Shown here one piece after another: positions 51,360-64,000 of a stretch of DNA of 64,000 nucleotides. Positions within the stretch are counted from its first letter, which is position 1. Each line of letters opens with the position of its first letter. This stretch comes from Bispira polyomma (taxonomy: Eukaryota). The notes beneath the pieces were generated by a model that was not told where the DNA came from, did not search any database, and was given only the letters and a program-made list of their open reading frames with translations. Both the position numbers and the translations under genes were made by a program. The stretch spans positions 7,316,001-7,380,000 of the forward strand of contig OZ287756.1 of assembly GCA_965649765.1 (NCBI GenBank), read 5' to 3'.

Positions 51360-52089
51360 GTATACGTCATCTGATTGGCTAACAGAATGGAAAATGTTAA
51401 ATTGGGTAAACATTCTGCTCTTTTAAAGCTGAAACTAAATGGCACAGACGTGCAGAAAGAATAGGTGGTTGGCAGTTGCTTTGGTGAATGGCGGCTACTT
51501 AATAGTCATTTGTACTGTCCTGGATTAGAAGAGGGTGAATAATATCTACGTGGGGCTGGGGCCCTCAGGTCACAAACATTGGCCGCATATGTTTCTTTCC
51601 AGGAGGGTATACATGGCTAAGCATGCTCTCATATTATAGTAACTTTTTAAATTAATTTTGTTTTAAGTGTTTTTAAAATCTTCGTAGAGGGTTAAATTAT
51701 AAATGTAGAAAACTTATATTATGTTGTAATAATGTACTGGTATTAAGTCAGAGTGTACTCATGTAGACACTTAAGCTAAGGTCACCTTATCCACAAAGTA
51801 GGCAACCTTAGCTAAACAAAGCTCGAACGAAAATTTGCCCCATCCGTGACCTTGAGTAAATGTGACCACAGGACTAGATCTGCTGTGAAGTTAAGGTCAC
51901 CTTAAGGTGTTCAATGTATGTCAATTATTGACTTGTATATGTAACTATGAAGTGTATGTTTATTCCGTACAAGAAATGTAAATAATTGTAGTATTAGTCA
52001 TATTTACAATCTTTACTATAAAATAAATGTTACTCTTAATCTGTGATTCTGCTTCTGGGTTTGAGACTGGGGGTGTTGGGGCCTGTGAC
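51360..52089 (+). mobile_element. ~730-bp non-coding insertion, possibly a solo repeat unit of a YR retrotransposon
   Basis: Splits the host GGTGC^AATGCCACCAC with a 2-bp GC overlap. Shares CTGAAACT..TGGC and AAGTTAAGGTCACC motifs with the ends of the 32264-40514 element. Confidence 0.55.
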
Positions 52090-52118
52090 GCAATGCCACC
52101 ACAGAATGTCATGTATTA

Positions 52119-52971
52119 AGGGCATTGCTAACCAGCTCCGGTGCGGTACGGTACGATCCGACGGAAATTTTAGAAACAATAAAATATATATTTCGTTGCG
52201 GTCCGATCCGATCCGTAAATTTCGTAAGAAAATTTCTAAAATAGAGATTTCTCTAATTTCTGTCGGATCGGATGAGGGGGGGGGGGGGGGGAATGAAAAT
52301 GTAGTGCAAATACACTGATCAAGAAATGATATAGTCTCTCAACCTATTATAATCCATTAGTTTAAATCCACTTAGGAATACTCAGGCCCAAGACACCCAG
52401 TTAGCAATTAGTTTAATATCCAATCAAGAATATTCCAGCCCTCACAAATATGGCTTAAAAACAATTAGCAGTAAAATAGTGGTCTTAATCCAATTAACCA
52501 GTCTATATAGGGACATTCAATTTGATTGATGTAGTTCCCCTAACAACAGAAAAATATAAAGTGAAATTAGGATGACAGTGGTAAATTATGTCGAAATTAT
52601 ATGCTAACAAGGATTAATAAATTGAAAGTGCTAACATATTTATTAGTTATATTAGATTGTTTCATTAAATTTTGAATGTAGACACTTACAATTATGTGGA
52701 TTGTTTGGGCATTTTGCGAACAAGACAGATGGGGGCTTTTATTGTTAATTAAATAGTTAATTGGATGTCATATAATAATCAGTACTGGGAAACATTATTT
52801 CAGGTAAGTAAGTTTATGAACTATAATTGAATTTATTTTATAATATATTTAATATATCACATATGCTGACCCAGTACCGGATCCAGTATAAAAGCAGCAT
52901 CCGAAATGGTCGGATCGTATCGGACGTACAATTTCGGACCATACCGCACCGGAGCTGGTTAGCAAGGCCCT
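52119..52971. mobile_element. MITE, PIF/Harbinger-like
   Basis: ~34-bp TIR AGGGC(A/C)TTGCTAACCAGCTCCGGTGCGGTA(C/T)GGT with TTA duplication and subterminal ATCCG repeats. Confidence 0.88.
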
Positions 52972-53652
52972 TTAAACTTCATCTTCATTTATTTTATATT
53001 TTACAGCTGCTACAACTGAAATGTACTCGCCTTAATGTTCAGATTATATATTTAGTTTACTATTCATATAATATATACAATATTGTACAATACATTACCC
53101 AATACTAATGACTCTATTAGGTCCATTTAACCATTCAATTGTATTATATATTCAACAGTTTGCATGCATTTATCGAGAAAGCATGTATTATTTTATCCAT
53201 CCATACTTCAGCATTCAAACTTGTTTTAAAACATTTAAGGGATAACCCGTCTTCACTATTTTATCAAGGATATGTGTGTTTATTTTTAGCATCACGAATT
53301 CATCAAAATTGAGCACTCAGACAGCTGCTACTACTTTAATTGACTTAGCTATCTTTTCATAAAATGTGAACACTTCTCCATAACACACTTATCTCTGACA
53401 AGAGCAACTGCAATCTATACCTGCAAATAAATATAATAAAGGTGGGCACCAATACTACACAGTTCAACAGAATGACATTCAACATTGCTTTATTCCAGGT
53501 CTTTTATTAACAAAATTGTCCCCAGAAGCTATCCGTGTACATGCACAATGAACGGCAAATCACAAAATGATGTTTTACTTGTGGGGATATATATACAGAC
53601 CCCTACAGAGTTGTTACTGCAAAATAATACTGTGTTTGTGTTGCATACAGCA

Positions 53653-53802
53653 GAAGCTTCAATAACAAACTGTTCAGTGTTTCTCTTGAAGGTGGAAGCT
53701 CACTGTTCAGTGTTTATTTGAAGGTGGAAGCTTCAATAACAGACTGTTTAGTGTTTATCTTGAAGGTGGAAGCTTCAATAACAGACTGGTCAGTGTTTCT
53801 CT
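53653..53802. repeat. ~40-bp minisatellite, about 4 copies
   Basis: GAAGGTGGAAGCTTCAATAACAGACTG..AGTGTTT repeated. Confidence 0.85.
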
Positions 53803-56800
53803 TTTGAATTCATAATTCAATGGAAGTCAACATCAATTTGTTCACATATCAACTATTAGACTGTTTATTTTGTCTTTTTGGAAATACTGTGTCATTTGCC
53901 AACTTACTCTAATCCATATCTGGCCTGCCTTGCAAAAACTTCTATACACAAAATACCCAGGAATGTATGATCTACTGGGGAAGCAAACAAGATATCGCAC
54001 ACACCCCCACAATGACACCCAGTAGCATGTTTACCTTTCTTTGTTACTGACCTAGTTTACAAGCATCATGTTTTAGGAACATTACTATGCACTGACAGTA
54101 ACTGTCTTTGTGTCACAGACAAAGTATTGCCATCTCAGTGTTAATTAACCAACCAAGGATTACGTCGCACTTCTGCAATAGTTGGTATACTTACTTGCAT
54201 AGATTGCATGTTAGTGTGGAAGTGTATCTATTTTTTTACAAACAGGCTCGAAAAAAATGTACAGTCCGCATTGCACTATCTTTGCTCTGTGTTATCTTAT
54301 CTTAGTTCTGTTTGTACCTAGACTATACTCTGATGACATAGTGCCATAGAAGTTTGTTTTTCCAGTAAAATTATGTTCTATTTGTGCTTTATGCAACAGT
54401 GGAACTTAAGAAATATAATAATACATTATAAGGTACTCTCAGAATTAAATATATATTTCCTTGCCAGAGCTAAAGCCTCTGCTTCTTGACTGTTAAGAAC
54501 ATATCTCTTTACAACAACATATTATATGATGTGCATTCACCTGATCTTTCAGAATTTCATTTCGATATAAGAATCTGAAAACTCAGACAAGGCTAGTCTC
54601 CACAATTTCCCAATGACACCTACATCTTCTATTATCTCTTCTACTATCAATACTAGCAAGCTATCTTGGCAGGTAAAGGGTTTTCATGTTGAATGAGCTG
54701 GTGAAACTCCTGATATCATAGATACATACAGGTCCACACGTTTGATTCACTTCAATGTTACCTGTGAGCTTTGAATGTAGAATTGCACAAGTAAATAGTA
54801 AATTGTAAATACCATGTTGCTGTGTCTTGCCATTTTGATATATTTTATTTCCCACACTTAATGTCTATTGAATGGTGATTAAAGGCAATATCCCCATTCC
54901 CAACTATTTAAGCATTATCTAAAGTTATTCTAAAAAGTTTTTGTATTTAAAAATAATTTACATTTGCCCACTATGATTACATGCATTCCGAACGAAGCTA
55001 CTTTCCTGACAGTAAATTTTAGATACAATGTAAATTATTTATCAATGTATTATTTCGATAGTATCCTACTCTCGCATTTGTCCATTTTAGCACCTGTGGC
55101 AAACATTACACAGGGGCACAATTTCAGTACTTTACAGTTATAGCATTTACTTAATCAATGAATCCAGTGAGATACTGTCTTTAACTGCTAGCTGTGAATA
55201 AGACATCAGTTTAGTGAGCTTGTAGCTCTTGAAATATGAGAAATTACCTGAAGACATATATTGACAAAACACAAGAGGATGGCTAATTTAGGAAGATGGC
55301 TTTCTTAACTGAATGGAGTTTTGAATTGATAACATTAAGTATACTTTATTCTTCTGTGGGTAATGCAAATTTTGGATTATGAATGTTAAACTAAATTTGC
55401 ATATAAACATATGCATATCTGAATATTCCTAATATTTTATATACTACTTTAACCTTCATAATCATCTATCCTCAAACAACATGTTATATAATACTCATAT
55501 TGAATTCCATTAATGACATGAATTCAAATTACCTAAAATTGACAGAAACAAGGGATGGCTTTAATTGGACAAGTGTTTCTTGGTAAGGCATTATTTCGCC
55601 TAAGGGAATATTATAACACTCTAAGGCAGGGATTTACTGGCAACTAACTATATGTATTATATTATGGTATGTGATATTTGTATTCTGATATAATAACAAC
55701 CTTAACTAGAATCCTACTTACATATTCTGTTTGGAATTCAATAGTTTTCATATTTTGAAAAATATGGTCTAGCAATATTGTTAGTGAATTCCACATAACA
55801 AGTATTGTTTTATTCTGGAATATCCTGTTAATATTCACATGTAAACTATTCCCAGATAACTGATTAATGCTACTGTACACAATTTAGCAATTGCCTCGTG
55901 TATTATAAAATACACAGTGAATAGAAACTGGTTTAATTATTTTTCACTGACACCACAGTATCCATTGTCTAAAACATTTATTTCTTTGTACTAATCTAGT
56001 ATAAATATCTGTGTTTGATGTCACATCGACTTTATGCTTTTTATCATATATATTGTTGGAGTAAAATTTATCCAAACATGCAAAAATCTGTGATTTGTTA
56101 TGACAACTGCACGTATTTGTGAGCATGGGGTCATGATTTAGTGTAGATGTCATATTACATTTAATTAGACATTGACTCACACAGCTGACACATATCATAA
56201 TTTATTAGGGGCTTCTCTTTGACATAATTATTTGAATTAATCAATGTCAGTACAGTTGCACTGAGAAAATATAAAACTAGTTTAATATATCTGTCATTAT
56301 TGTAGATTAACGAGAATGGCACTTAGCATATTTCTGGCAAGGTATATTCTTTAATATGTAATAATGCTTTGTTTGTGTAATTTTTGTGTAATGCAGTGGC
56401 AACAACTTTGAACATTTCCAGATATGTGAAAGGGTAAATAATAGTAATAATGCTGTTAACACCTGTTAAAGACGAATGACTTGACTAGTTGTCTTCTAAT
56501 TCAATCTGTACTTGAGATTAGTGAGATCTTAATATATCAAAATATTTGAAAGTTCTTTCTTAAACGCAGTCTTACAAACCATTCAGAAGAGATATAATTG
56601 CTTGATATTTATTAGGTATGGATATTATTTAGTTTTGGATAATGATGTCAGAATAATAACTGTATTTATATACAACAAAAATATCATCCAAAAATATTCA
56701 AAAACTGTACAATGGCGGCATCCCTGTTATATATTATCTCCATTGATACCAATATGCCACAGTCATAAGTAAAGGGTTCATATTGCATGTTTCTAATGTT

Positions 56801-59786
56801 ACTTTAGACTTCACAGATACACACATATTTTCTTTATCTGGGATTCACATCAATTTTATCTGTAATCTAAGGATGTAGAATTCGACAAGTCAATAGCAAA
56901 CTGTGAATACTGTTCTCGTGTGTGTTAATTTCGATGTTTATTGAAGGTTAACTAATGGGGATATCCCCATTCTCAACTGTGTAAACATTTTCAGATGTTA
57001 TTCTAAATATAGTTGTTTTGCAGAGTGAGCTTGTCCTTTTGTATAGTCAAACAACCTGTATTTTACTAAATAACCACCTGCCTTCATGACTATGAAATTC
57101 ATATTTTTAGTTATTTTTTAAAATTAATCTTTGAATAGTATTTTATTTTAATATTTTGTTTGAATTCCAGCTGTGGTTGATATTTTATAGGAGCAGATTC
57201 ACTGCTTTACAGGAATAATGTTTACACAATGAATTAATTGCAGTCTGATAAGTCTGAGGTGGCAGTTGAGTGAGCTTGTAGCGAAGTAGCTGAGAGAAAT
57301 TACCTGGAGCTAGAAATTGACAAAAACAAGAATCTTTAAATTAGGAAACTGGTTTAATTGAACAAAACTTTGAATGGGTGACATTGCTTTAACAATACTT
57401 TTATTTTAATACTTAATATGTATTGCGGATTATAAATGTTAACCTAATTTTTGTGTAGGCATATACTTCTTCAACCGTTTATTGACAAAACAAGTCTAAA
57501 GTTGAGGAAGATGGCTTGCATAAGAGAAAGATATATGAAGATATATAATAGATGAATACTATTGCTTCAACAATATTAAATTTGTTACAATGTAACATTG
57601 ATTGTAAATTATTATGTTAAACTAATTTTGTGCACAGTCACTTGTTGTATCTGAAGATCAATTTCAGAAGACAAATGCTTTTTAATATAGTATTTTAAAT
57701 GAGAATAGATTAACTTTTGTATTTGGTTGGTAAAATAAAGAAATATTATATATCAGTGTTTAAAGCACTCAAGATAAGAAAATTTAGTGCATTTAAGATA
57801 AGACATTTGTTATTATGTTTAGGAGTTAGTAATGTAGGTAACAGCATATCATAATATCAATAAAAAAGGAACATTTGTTAATTTGGTAAATAAATATTTC
57901 TAATATGTGTTTTTCATTACTGAATAAGATGGTTAATGATATTCAATACAGAGTACTGCAGTTATCAAATCTTACACAGTAAATACAACTTCATGTACTT
58001 CATAGTTAAGAATGATAATGGACTTACCTTTAAATTTTAGATTTGATATTCCAAACTTTGCTCATAAAGCTATCCACATATATAACAACACAAATTAATC
58101 CATATATTAAAAAAACAAAGTTGGACTGTCTGATAACAATGCAATAATATATTCTTGGATACAATATTCTATGGCACACTACCTAATATGATATATCCAC
58201 CAGTAGGTATAATTTAACATACATGTATTGATCCATATATATAAATTATGAAAGATTAAATATTTTTTTTCCTTCCCTTTTTAAAACATTCAAAACTTAT
58301 TTCGTTTTGAAAACATTAAAAAAAGCAATTCTTTTCCACAATCTAATCACAGATATGTAAGTTTATCCCAAGATGACCAACCAATTAAGACATGCATAGA
58401 TAATTCCATTAAAAATGTGCATGTTTTTTTTACTCAGAAAGCTGCTACTCCTTTAGACTTGCTGAGTTCTAAGACTTGTAAAAGTGAACGCTGCTGCAAG
58501 CATCTTTACCAGAGGAAAATGTTATGGTGGAGAACACCAGTATATTCCATTTATATATAGCAGCTCAGCAGACTGACTCTCAACAGTGCTTTAGGCTAGA
58601 TCTTTTTGAACAAAACTGCACCCAGAAACTATTTATGCACATGCACAATGGAGTGGAATAGCGAGTCCTTTCTGCTAAATAGCCATCTCAATGTGTTGTC
58701 TAAGATTTAAAAACTGTTATTTTTTTCTCTCTTTTAAATAAAATTCATATACCAGGTGAAACTCTATCTACAACAAGATGTCCATGTATATCCACTATTG
58801 GAATAGCTTTAAAAAGTACTCAAACATATTTTTGTAGATTCATCATCAATAAATTTCCAATATCTTTTTATACTAAAAAGAGCTCACTTATTGTAGGTAA
58901 AGATAAATTGAATGGTTAGTATATCCATTTCTCTTTACATAATTGCCTCATCCTTTACCAAGGTAATCTTTTGTCCGATGGATATCTCTCCAGCATTACA
59001 AACCATGTTTTTATGCACAATAGGGAAGAGTCTATAATTTACTAGGGGAGCAATTAAGTGATGAGCTTTTTGTTGTACTTCCAAAGGCTTAAGCAGAATA
59101 TCACACATACAAAGAGAGCTTGTCCCCTTATTACTCACCCAGTTTGGAAACATTATGTTTTAGGTACATCACTATGACAGTGACTGCCAGATATAGAGAA
59201 ACTGTAGTTGGTAACCTTTTTTCACACAAAGACTTACAGACAGTTTTTTTAATGGTACCCACTCAGTCGCCGATGGCCACAAAAAGACACAAAATGACAG
59301 CAGAAAATTCGGTCTCGTATCATCTGTGTTGATCAAAAACACTATTAGGGCTTTACCTCATATACTTGCATCTTCTGTTAGCAGAGTTTTTATTGTTAGC
59401 AAAAGGCTTTAATCACATTATCTTAACGGCCTAGTCTGGTGACAATTTATTTAAAAAATAATTGTATTGCTTTGGACTCAGACGGTCTCAATGACAAAGA
59501 CAGTGTTTCTTGTGCTCATGCATAAATAGATAGCCTTGTTTAACACTCAAGTTGACCAGCCATCTGTTATGCCTTCATACAACAACACACACATATGAAC
59601 TTGCTTAAAGTTTATCAGAAACTTTTATTTTTTTTTTGGAACAAGTTCCAACTTGTACACAATTTATTCACCATAAGTAACTCACACAAGTAACAGGATA
59701 ACACGATCTTTCCTGATCATAAATTAAGCCTCAACTCCTCGACTGCTAAGATATCTATGTAGAAACACAGGAATGGTCAATTTAGT

Positions 59787-60008
59787 TTTGAATTTAATTG
59801 GATTTTAGCAACAGCTCAGGTCATATCATGATGACCGTATTTAATGGTGGAAGAACCCAGTGCTTCAGCACTGTAAACCACCGACCTTTGGCACGACCTG
59901 GTAAACCTTCCCACACCAAGGAACAAACAGGATTTAGATATCCTACATTGGCGAGAGGCCAATGACTATAAAGCAGGCGCTTCTAACCACTAGACAGCCG
60001 TTGCCCCC
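59787..60008 (-). mobile_element. tRNA-derived SINE (same family)
   Basis: GTAAACCACCGACC..AACCTTCCCAC..CTTCTAACCACTAG. Confidence 0.7.
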
Positions 60009-62701
60009 ACAGAAATTATTAAGAGCACTTTATGTTATTCCTGTCTGCATTCCAGTCACCTGACTTGAATATTAAAGACTTTCATTATCACATTAGAATC
60101 TTGAGTCTTAGGCTAGACTGTAGTCTTCACTTTTTGCTGATGACACCTCCATCTTATCTATAAGCTATATCTATACTTACTTGCCATGTTCACATGCAAA
60201 GGGGTGTTCTCGTTGCATGTCCCGGTGAAACTCTTAATATCACATATACACACAGTTATTTCTCCCACTTTGACTATCTTGTCAATGCTGACTATAAGCT
60301 GTGATCTGTAATTGACACAAGTCAACAGTAAATTGTGGCTACCCTTCTTGTGTGTGTGTTCTAATTAACATTATTTAATGGCCACACTTAATGTCAATCC
60401 AACAGTGACTAGGGGAATATCCCCATTCCCAACTATATCAACAGTATCTTGTGTTATTCATAATGTTGTTTCTGCTGAAAAGCATGTGGGTTTTTTGTTT
60501 TAAAATAATTTCCATTTGCCACAACGATGACAAGCCGCATAATGCCAGATAGTATTAATAGTCAGTATTTTTTTTTAAATAGTCAGTATATTAAAATTGC
60601 ACAATTGCATTTTAGTTTGCAATCTTTGTTTAATAGTGTATCACTTTCGTATATTTCTACAAGTGTCACATATATTCTACAAGAGCACATTTTAAGTGGT
60701 TTACAATAATGGTGTTTACTTAATCAATAGATCCAGTGAGAAGCTTTGTTTAAATGATAGCTCTGATTAAGGCAGCAGTTGAGTGAGCTTGTAGCTCCTC
60801 AAGTGAGATAAATTGACCTGAAGCTGAATATTGACAAAAAGTCTTTAATTGAGGTTGATTGATTGGTTAACACAATAAAGCCTTTAATGGATGTCATTGC
60901 TTTAAAATACTATATTGTTGGTAGTTAATTAAATGTATTGTGGATTGTTATTGTGAAACTAATTAAGCATTTACATATGTTTTTGTACAATTTTATTGGT
61001 CTTAAAATAGAATTATTACTGTTAAAGCCAAATGATTAATATATTATTGTAAGTAATAAATATTTCTATATAATATATGACTAACAGCCGTAACTAAAAT
61101 ATTACTCACATATTCTATTATTCAAAATTTCACTTTTTTTGGAAGTAATTTTCGAACTTGTTTTTATATTTGGAAAAAAAAAAGTTATGGTCAAAAAGCA
61201 TTCCGAAATAGCTGATTAATGCTATGACACACAATTTATCAAAGATGCCATGTTATATAAAACTACATACTGAAGAAGGAAGCCATATAATTGTCTGTTT
61301 TTCAGTCGACCCCATTATCTGCTGTACATAACAGTCGTTGCTTTGCACTACTGTAGTATACTTACTTACTGTGGGTTAAGAAACTAACTTTGACGTCACA
61401 ATGACGTCATACTTTGTATGCATTAGGGACATTGGAGAAATAAAATTGCTTAGCAAAAAATATGGCCGATTTTTTTGCTTTAATCTTTTTTTTTTGCTGT
61501 AGAAACTACCATTGTTCTCCCACACCTGCAATGTTTATGTTGTGTTATGACTACTGGATATATTAGTGTGTGGGAGGAGGGGAGGTTGTTATATGAATTT
61601 GATTGGTGTGTATGTTATATCTAATGCTGTATTGTCACGCATATGTAAAAGACATCATCCATACATGTCAAATGTACAGATCCAAATTTTCGTGCTTAAT
61701 TAATTGCTTTGGATTGTTGTTCCCATACATGAGTGTAGAGATCCTATTACTAAAGGCATCAATAAGGAATGGTCACGCCTTGCCCAAGTATGTACCCATT
61801 ATGGCACTGCCAGAAATCAAAAGATCAACTACCTAACCACCAGACAACAGGAGAACCACAATATTGATATGTATTTCCTGAGCTATCTTTTTTAAAATAA
61901 ACAGTAACTGAAAGAAAGTCTCAATTTATGATCCATATTCTAAGACACATGTAGAGTTTCCCTGACTGACATTGATTGTCTGCTATATCGATAGAAGGAA
62001 CACCACCACATAAATAAAACAATCCTGTCGTCAACCAAGAAATACTTTATTCAGCAATTGTGTCAGTACATAATCTGATATTACTCTTAGTCAGAAACGG
62101 CTCAATATAATTAGATTGACAGGTGAATTTATGTGATTATACTGACTTGTGTATTTTTTAAACCTGTGCACTGATTTCTTTCACCCCTAAAATCTGTGTA
62201 CCTAAGCTGGTAAAAGTGAAGTAAAACCCAACTAAATTTAAATGTCTTATTAAGATTAAAACACACATACCATAACATTTATATTACATTTATACTTACC
62301 ATATGCTTTATAACTAACTATAATTTGGTGTATAAAACAATAAAACAGCCAACAACACACACATAAACACATATGCAAGTTGCAGCATCACATGCCACAG
62401 GGATATTAAACATGATCCCTATCCAACATTAAGCATGATGTATAGGAAATATTTAACATGACACGTACCATAACAATCAGTCGTTAAGAACTTCCATGCC
62501 ACTCCTGTGCAAGTGATATAATTAGACAGACTCATTAAAAAACTTTGACTTTCCTGTTTTTTTACACAGCTCAACCAAAATGTTTTATTTTTTACTTTTA
62601 CGATCTGGAAGTAAGTCTATTTAAACTTCTCTGTTTTTGAAATATTAATTTTAAAAGATGAAGCTTCCCAAGGAATTTGTTGTCAGTTTGGCATTATTAT
62701 T

Positions 62702-62945
62702 ATAATTATCAGCAAGGATGTTATGTTTTTTGCCTGTGTTGGTTGGTTTGTAACCAACATTACACAAAATCTACAGAACGAATATTTACATGAAATTTAG
62801 TGGAGGACGGGGAATGGGCCCTAACATAATCAATGCAATTTTGAAGTAGAACCAAGTAGAATGGATGGCGGTTCCATAATTTTTTCACTTTTTTGAACTG
62901 TGGCACTTTGGTGGCAGTATGCACTCTACTGAGTGTATTTCAGTT
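62702..62945 (+). mobile_element. Helentron-associated (HINE/DINE-like) non-autonomous element
   Basis: GTTATGTTTT..TGTGTTGGTTGGTTTGT microsatellite head and 3' hairpin GCACTCTACTGAGTG before AGTT. Confidence 0.55.
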
Positions 62946-63094
62946 TATAAAGCTTTACCCACAATCAGCGAATAATATAAAAAATATCAATGGTTAGGAT
63001 AGTACACTTTCCCATAAAACCTATAGAGTTGAAATAAGATACATACAAGCACTAGGAGATGATCAATTCCTTGATTTGATCTGTGCACAATCCA

Positions 63095-63295
63095 GCCACC
63101 AAATCCCCCAGTGCTAAGACACTCGCATTCTACTTCTAACGTCCCAGTTTGAATCTCAGCTTGGCCTTAAGTGGGAAAGTTGGCAGTTACTTGTCAACAG
63201 TCGCTGGTAGAATCTTTCCTTCAACACTAAAAGTGCCCATTGTCATATGACCTATACAATGTGCTAAAATGTACTCAAAATTAAATTAAATCTAA
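63095..63295 (+). mobile_element. tRNA-derived SINE (related family)
   Basis: B-box-like GTTTGAATCTC, GTGGGAAAGTTGGCAGTTACTTG core and TCATATGACCTA tail. Confidence 0.55.
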
Positions 63296-64000
63296 AAAGT
63301 CTCATGTAAATAGTTTTTCAGAATATTTTTTAAGATCCTGGTCCCAAACAAACCAAGCAATGGCTTGGGCAAAAAGTCTAACCTCTTTTCCAGATATAAT
63401 AGTAACATTTTTTTCCGGAGCTTTAAGCGACTCTCTTTATTTTCTCAGTTATCCATTTGTATATACTGTACATTTTAGCTGCATTCCTTTAGGTAATTTG
63501 TTCGATCCACATATCCTTGTTAGCAGTCGTCTAGACTACTGCAATTCCTTAAAAAGCTTAAAATCTACTTCTTCAAAGCTACCTACTCCCATTAGTTCCC
63601 TCCCTGTACACACCCCACATCTTTACATATGACTTCTCTATTGGTTAACCGATTCTGTTGTTACGCTTAAAATGATGTCTTGCATCAAAAAGTCCATAAT
63701 CCGATAAAGTACAATTTCTAAAAGGTTTCTTGTTATAATGGAGATGTAGAATCTTTACAAAATAGTCTATTATAGCCAGTGTAGAGTTTGAGTGTTGTTT
63801 CAATTCAAATTGTGTATTTCTGTCTGAGTATATATTTCGTCATGAATATTCCTTTGTCTGTTAGACAAAATGCTAATTAACATTTTCGTCAGTCCCCAAG
63901 TGCAACACAATCATCACCTGTATTGCTCTAACTGAAGAGAGATAATTAGGGATGACACCATGTATCCACGTTCCCATAAGCTATTTAGCCAGTCACTGGG

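Larger units (their letters stand above)
11590..61570. repeat. Degenerate tandem array of multi-kb non-coding units
   Basis: Same-orientation landmarks recur. GAAGCAATTAAGTGGGAGC-like at ~13224, 27999, 30360, 40914, 46287 and 59048. TGAGTGAGCTTGTAGCTCCTGAAGTGAGAGAAATTACC-like at ~15255, 28485, 30805, 44605, 49208, 55212, 57266 and 60780. Confidence 0.85.

Noticed and set aside
53653-53802. CRISPR-like array (also 4645-4808)
   Set aside because: Head-to-tail minisatellites without unique spacers, no cas genes, eukaryotic context.

Overview
AT-rich, repeat-dense animal genomic DNA. The tRNA-derived SINEs resemble the MetaSINE type, which points to a mollusc or related invertebrate (inference). 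About 11.6-61.6 kb is a degenerate tandem array of multi-kb non-coding units carrying several insertions. The first is a full-length Ty3/Gypsy LTR retrotransposon (16632-27815; 334-bp LTRs, ATAT target duplication). Its Gag starts with a ComEA-like helix-hairpin-helix domain, and in the env position it carries a third ORF ending in a complete TatD (TATDN2-like) nuclease domain, preceded by splice signals. This is the most unusual object in the window. The second is a decayed tyrosine-recombinase (DIRS/Ngaro-type) retrotransposon (~32264-40514), interrupted by a younger antisense L2-like LINE whose ORF2 has a 2A-like peptide. MITEs, SINEs and L2 tails are scattered throughout. A small spliced minus-strand gene with an MS4A/CD20-like first transmembrane segment, missed by the ORF track, is predicted at ~4.4-6.5 kb.
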